This document shows, in pieces, positions 61,939 to 64,000 of a stretch of DNA of 64,000 nucleotides. This DNA is from Candidatus Thorarchaeota archaeon (GTDB taxonomy: Archaea; Asgardarchaeota; Thorarchaeia; Thorarchaeales; Thorarchaeaceae). Every line of letters begins with the position of its first letter. Within the stretch, counting starts at the first letter, position 1. The DNA lies in assembly GCA_016839445.1 (NCBI GenBank), contig JAEOUG010000027.1, positions 35,113-99,112 of the forward strand, in the 5' to 3' direction. Made by a program: the position numbers and the translations under genes. The notes under the pieces were generated by a model that saw only the letters and a program-made list of their open reading frames with translations, ran no database searches and was not told the DNA's origin.

Positions 61939-62814
61939 CTACGCCTTCTGTGTCACTTGAAGCAATTGCTCCGGGTTGATCTTGTTCAGTCGAATTCCCA
62001 GAGCATCAAAGTCGATTCCCATTGCGTAACCGAGGAACTGCGTCAAGGGGAAGACGGGAATCTTCGGAGCGTTTCCGGCCAATTCGTCAAACTGAATCTG
62101 TGTCAACTGAATGTCACAGAACTCGCAGGCCGTAACAATCCCTTGCGCCCCCTCGGCACGGATATTGGAAATCTTGTCAAGCCCAATCTTGGTGGCCACC
62201 TCTGCATCCATAGCCAGCATTGGCCCACCACAGCAGCGGGTCTTGCCTGTGTAGTCCACTGGAGTACCACCAGCAATCTCAACAATCGTGTCGATGATTG
62301 TAGGGTTCTCCGCATCATCAACCTGGACAATCTCCTCTGGGCGGGTCACGTGGCATCCATAGTGAGCTGCAATGCGCACACCGTCGTAGGGTCTGACAAT
62401 CGCCGCTCTAACGGCGTCGTAGCCTATGTCCTCGCGGAACACCTGTAAGAGATGTTTCACTCGAACAGTTCCCGTGTACTTGAGGCCTTCTTCCTCCAGT
62501 AGGGCATTCACTTCCTTTCTGAGATCCTCATTGTGGTCAAGCTCGTGCTTGACATGCTTCAGAGAACCGGAGCAGGCCCCACAGAGTGCAATGATGTCCT
62601 GATCCATGCTCTCTCCAAGAGCGAGTATCCTCCCGCTCATTGCAGCAAAAGCACTGTGGTTCAGGGACTCAACATATTGGGAGCCGCAGCAGTTGGCGTC
62701 AGTCATTGTAGTGATGCGAAGTCCCAGCTTCTCAAGCACCAGTTTGACTGATGCCTCATAGGCTGGAAGTCTGACCGGAGTGGTGCATCCAAGGTATAGT
62801 GCGTACTCCTTCAT
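61939..62814 (-). CDS. hdrB: Heterodisulfide reductase subunit B
   Basis: Two CCG domains: YLGC..NCCG..CGAC and HYGC..RCCG..CEFC. Confidence 0.92.
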   Translation of the reverse strand: MKEYALYLGCTTPVRLPAYEASVKLVLEKLGLRITTMTDANCCGSQYVESLNHSAFAAMSGRILALGESMDQDIIALCGACSGSLKHVKHELDHNEDLRKEVNALLEEEGLKYTGTVRVKHLLQVFREDIGYDAVRAAIVRPYDGVRIAAHYGCHVTRPEEIVQVDDAENPTIIDTIVEIAGGTPVDYTGKTRCCGGPMLAMDAEVATKIGLDKISNIRAEGAQGIVTACEFCDIQLTQIQFDELAGNAPKIPVFPLTQFLGYAMGIDFDALGIRLNKINPEQLLQVTQKA

Positions 62815-63329
62815 TACTGCTTGCCTCCCTTGAAGTACTTCTTCCTGAGTTTCTTGACGAACTTGTCATTCCAGTTCAGATCGGTATGAAGCCCTAGATC
62901 GTCTCTGTCATCCTCTTCGAAGTCTGTGTAGGAGTCCTTCAGAAGCCAACCGTCTTCGAGGACCTTGTCCACGGTTTGCCGATACACAGGAGGAATGTGT
63001 CCCTCCCTAGCCGCAATCTCGCGGACTGCCGTGAAAATCTCGGAAAGGTCAACGTCTTCTTGGCAGCGCTCCTCACAGAGCTTGCACGACATGCAGAGCC
63101 AGGGCAGCTCGCTGGCAAGGACCTCTTCTCGCTTGCCTAGCAGAATCTTCTGAATCAGCTTGCGAGGCCGATATCGCTCTGTCATGCTGGCAACCATACA
63201 GGAGGCCGTGCACATCCCGCACTGGATGCACTTCATAATGCCTGCTCCACCAGGTTCCCGCTCAATCTCTCTCGCGAAATCTGAAGAGGGTTCATGTGTT
63301 ATCGCTGGTCCTTCATTCGTTGTGTCCAT
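62814..63329 (-). CDS. hdrC: Heterodisulfide reductase subunit C
   Basis: CIQCGMCTASC, W.CMSCKLCEERC. Confidence 0.9.
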   Translation of the reverse strand: MDTTNEGPAITHEPSSDFAREIEREPGGAGIMKCIQCGMCTASCMVASMTERYRPRKLIQKILLGKREEVLASELPWLCMSCKLCEERCQEDVDLSEIFTAVREIAAREGHIPPVYRQTVDKVLEDGWLLKDSYTDFEEDDRDDLGLHTDLNWNDKFVKKLRKKYFKGGKQ

Positions 63330-63331
63330 TG

Positions 63332-64000
63332 TCAGTCGCCTCCATTCACCTTGGACAAGATGATCGTGGCCCTCATGGCCGCTGCACTCCCAGCAGACAC
63401 GCTGTCGGGGATGTCCTTAGGACCATCTGCACAGCCGCAGACGAAGACCCCGGGAACTACCGTGTCAACAGGAGCAATCACATTGTGACTCACGTCAACA
63501 TAGCCCTCCTCAGAGAGGTCCATATTGAGCTCCACTGCAATGTCTTCCAGGCCCTCAGGCGGCTGAATTCCAGGGCTGATGATGATCAGGTCATGCTCGA
63601 CATCCTTGAGCTCGCCGCTCTCGGTGTCCTCGACCCGGGCAACAAGTCGCTTCTTGTCACGGCTCTCAGTCACTTCGGCAACTCTTCCTCTCACGAAGTT
63701 GACACCAAAGCGAGTTCTAGCCATCTCATAGAATTCCTCGAAGCCCTTGCCAAAGGCCCGGATGTCGGCGTAGTACACAGTCACGTCAGCATCTCGCTCA
63801 TGTTCTTTAGCCATCACAGCGTTCTTGATGCCATACATACAGCACACGCGGCTGCAATAGGGGACTCCCTTCTGGACATCTCGGGCACCGACGCACTGGA
63901 TGAACCCTATGCTGTGAGGCACTTTGCCGTCACTCAGGCGCACTAGATGTCCGTGGGTTGGACCGGCCGCGTTTATCAGCCGCTCGAACTCCATGGCATC
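63332..64000 (-). CDS. hdrA: HdrA-like protein, C-terminal part (5' end beyond window); close paralogue of 60638..61933
   Basis: MEFERLINAAGPT, QCVGARDVQKG..CSRVCC, GPKDIPDSVSAGSAAA. Confidence 0.88.
   Translation of the reverse strand, partial: DAMEFERLINAAGPTHGHLVRLSDGKVPHSIGFIQCVGARDVQKGVPYCSRVCCMYGIKNAVMAKEHERDADVTVYYADIRAFGKGFEEFYEMARTRFGVNFVRGRVAEVTESRDKKRLVARVEDTESGELKDVEHDLIIISPGIQPPEGLEDIAVELNMDLSEEGYVDVSHNVIAPVDTVVPGVFVCGCADGPKDIPDSVSAGSAAAMRATIILSKVNGGD

Overview
Archaeal genomic DNA. The gene content (Hdr/Mvh/Fdh complexes, crenarchaeal-type single-OB SSBs, many C-terminally anchored beta-helix surface proteins, a eukaryote-type SECIS) points to an Asgard archaeon, probably Thorarchaeia; this is inference. 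The right end carries a minus-strand operon hdrA'-hdrC-hdrB-hdrA''-hdrA'''-mvhD-wHTH-mvhG-mvhA. Its large hydrogenase subunit lacks the C-terminal Ni-binding motif. That motif is supplied by a 50-aa selenoprotein VhuU missed by the ORF track (55762-55914, in-frame UGA in YDC-U-LSCGAH), with a putative private TATA box and a eukaryote-like SECIS whose core overlaps its own stop codon. The terminator/SECIS-proximal sequence behind vhuU recurs as five same-orientation, variably degenerate direct repeats (about 45817, 46497, 48946, 54711 and 55676). They delimit four cargo blocks: an SSB paralogue, a large membrane protein, an AT-richer lipid-modification block and a toxin-antitoxin-like pair. This looks like a cassette array or serial integration hotspot, although no integrase lies in the window. 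Other content: an mvhD-fdhA-fdhB formate dehydrogenase operon, a double-length UvrA, an Fpg/Nei homologue lacking the catalytic Pro, an acyl-CoA ligase-FabH-MaoC operon, a STAND-TPR (NLR-like) protein, a GNAT-OB fusion, a degenerate membrane histidine kinase, and two SSB paralogues with a conserved long 5' leader. No rRNA, tRNA, CRISPR array or transposase was recognised.
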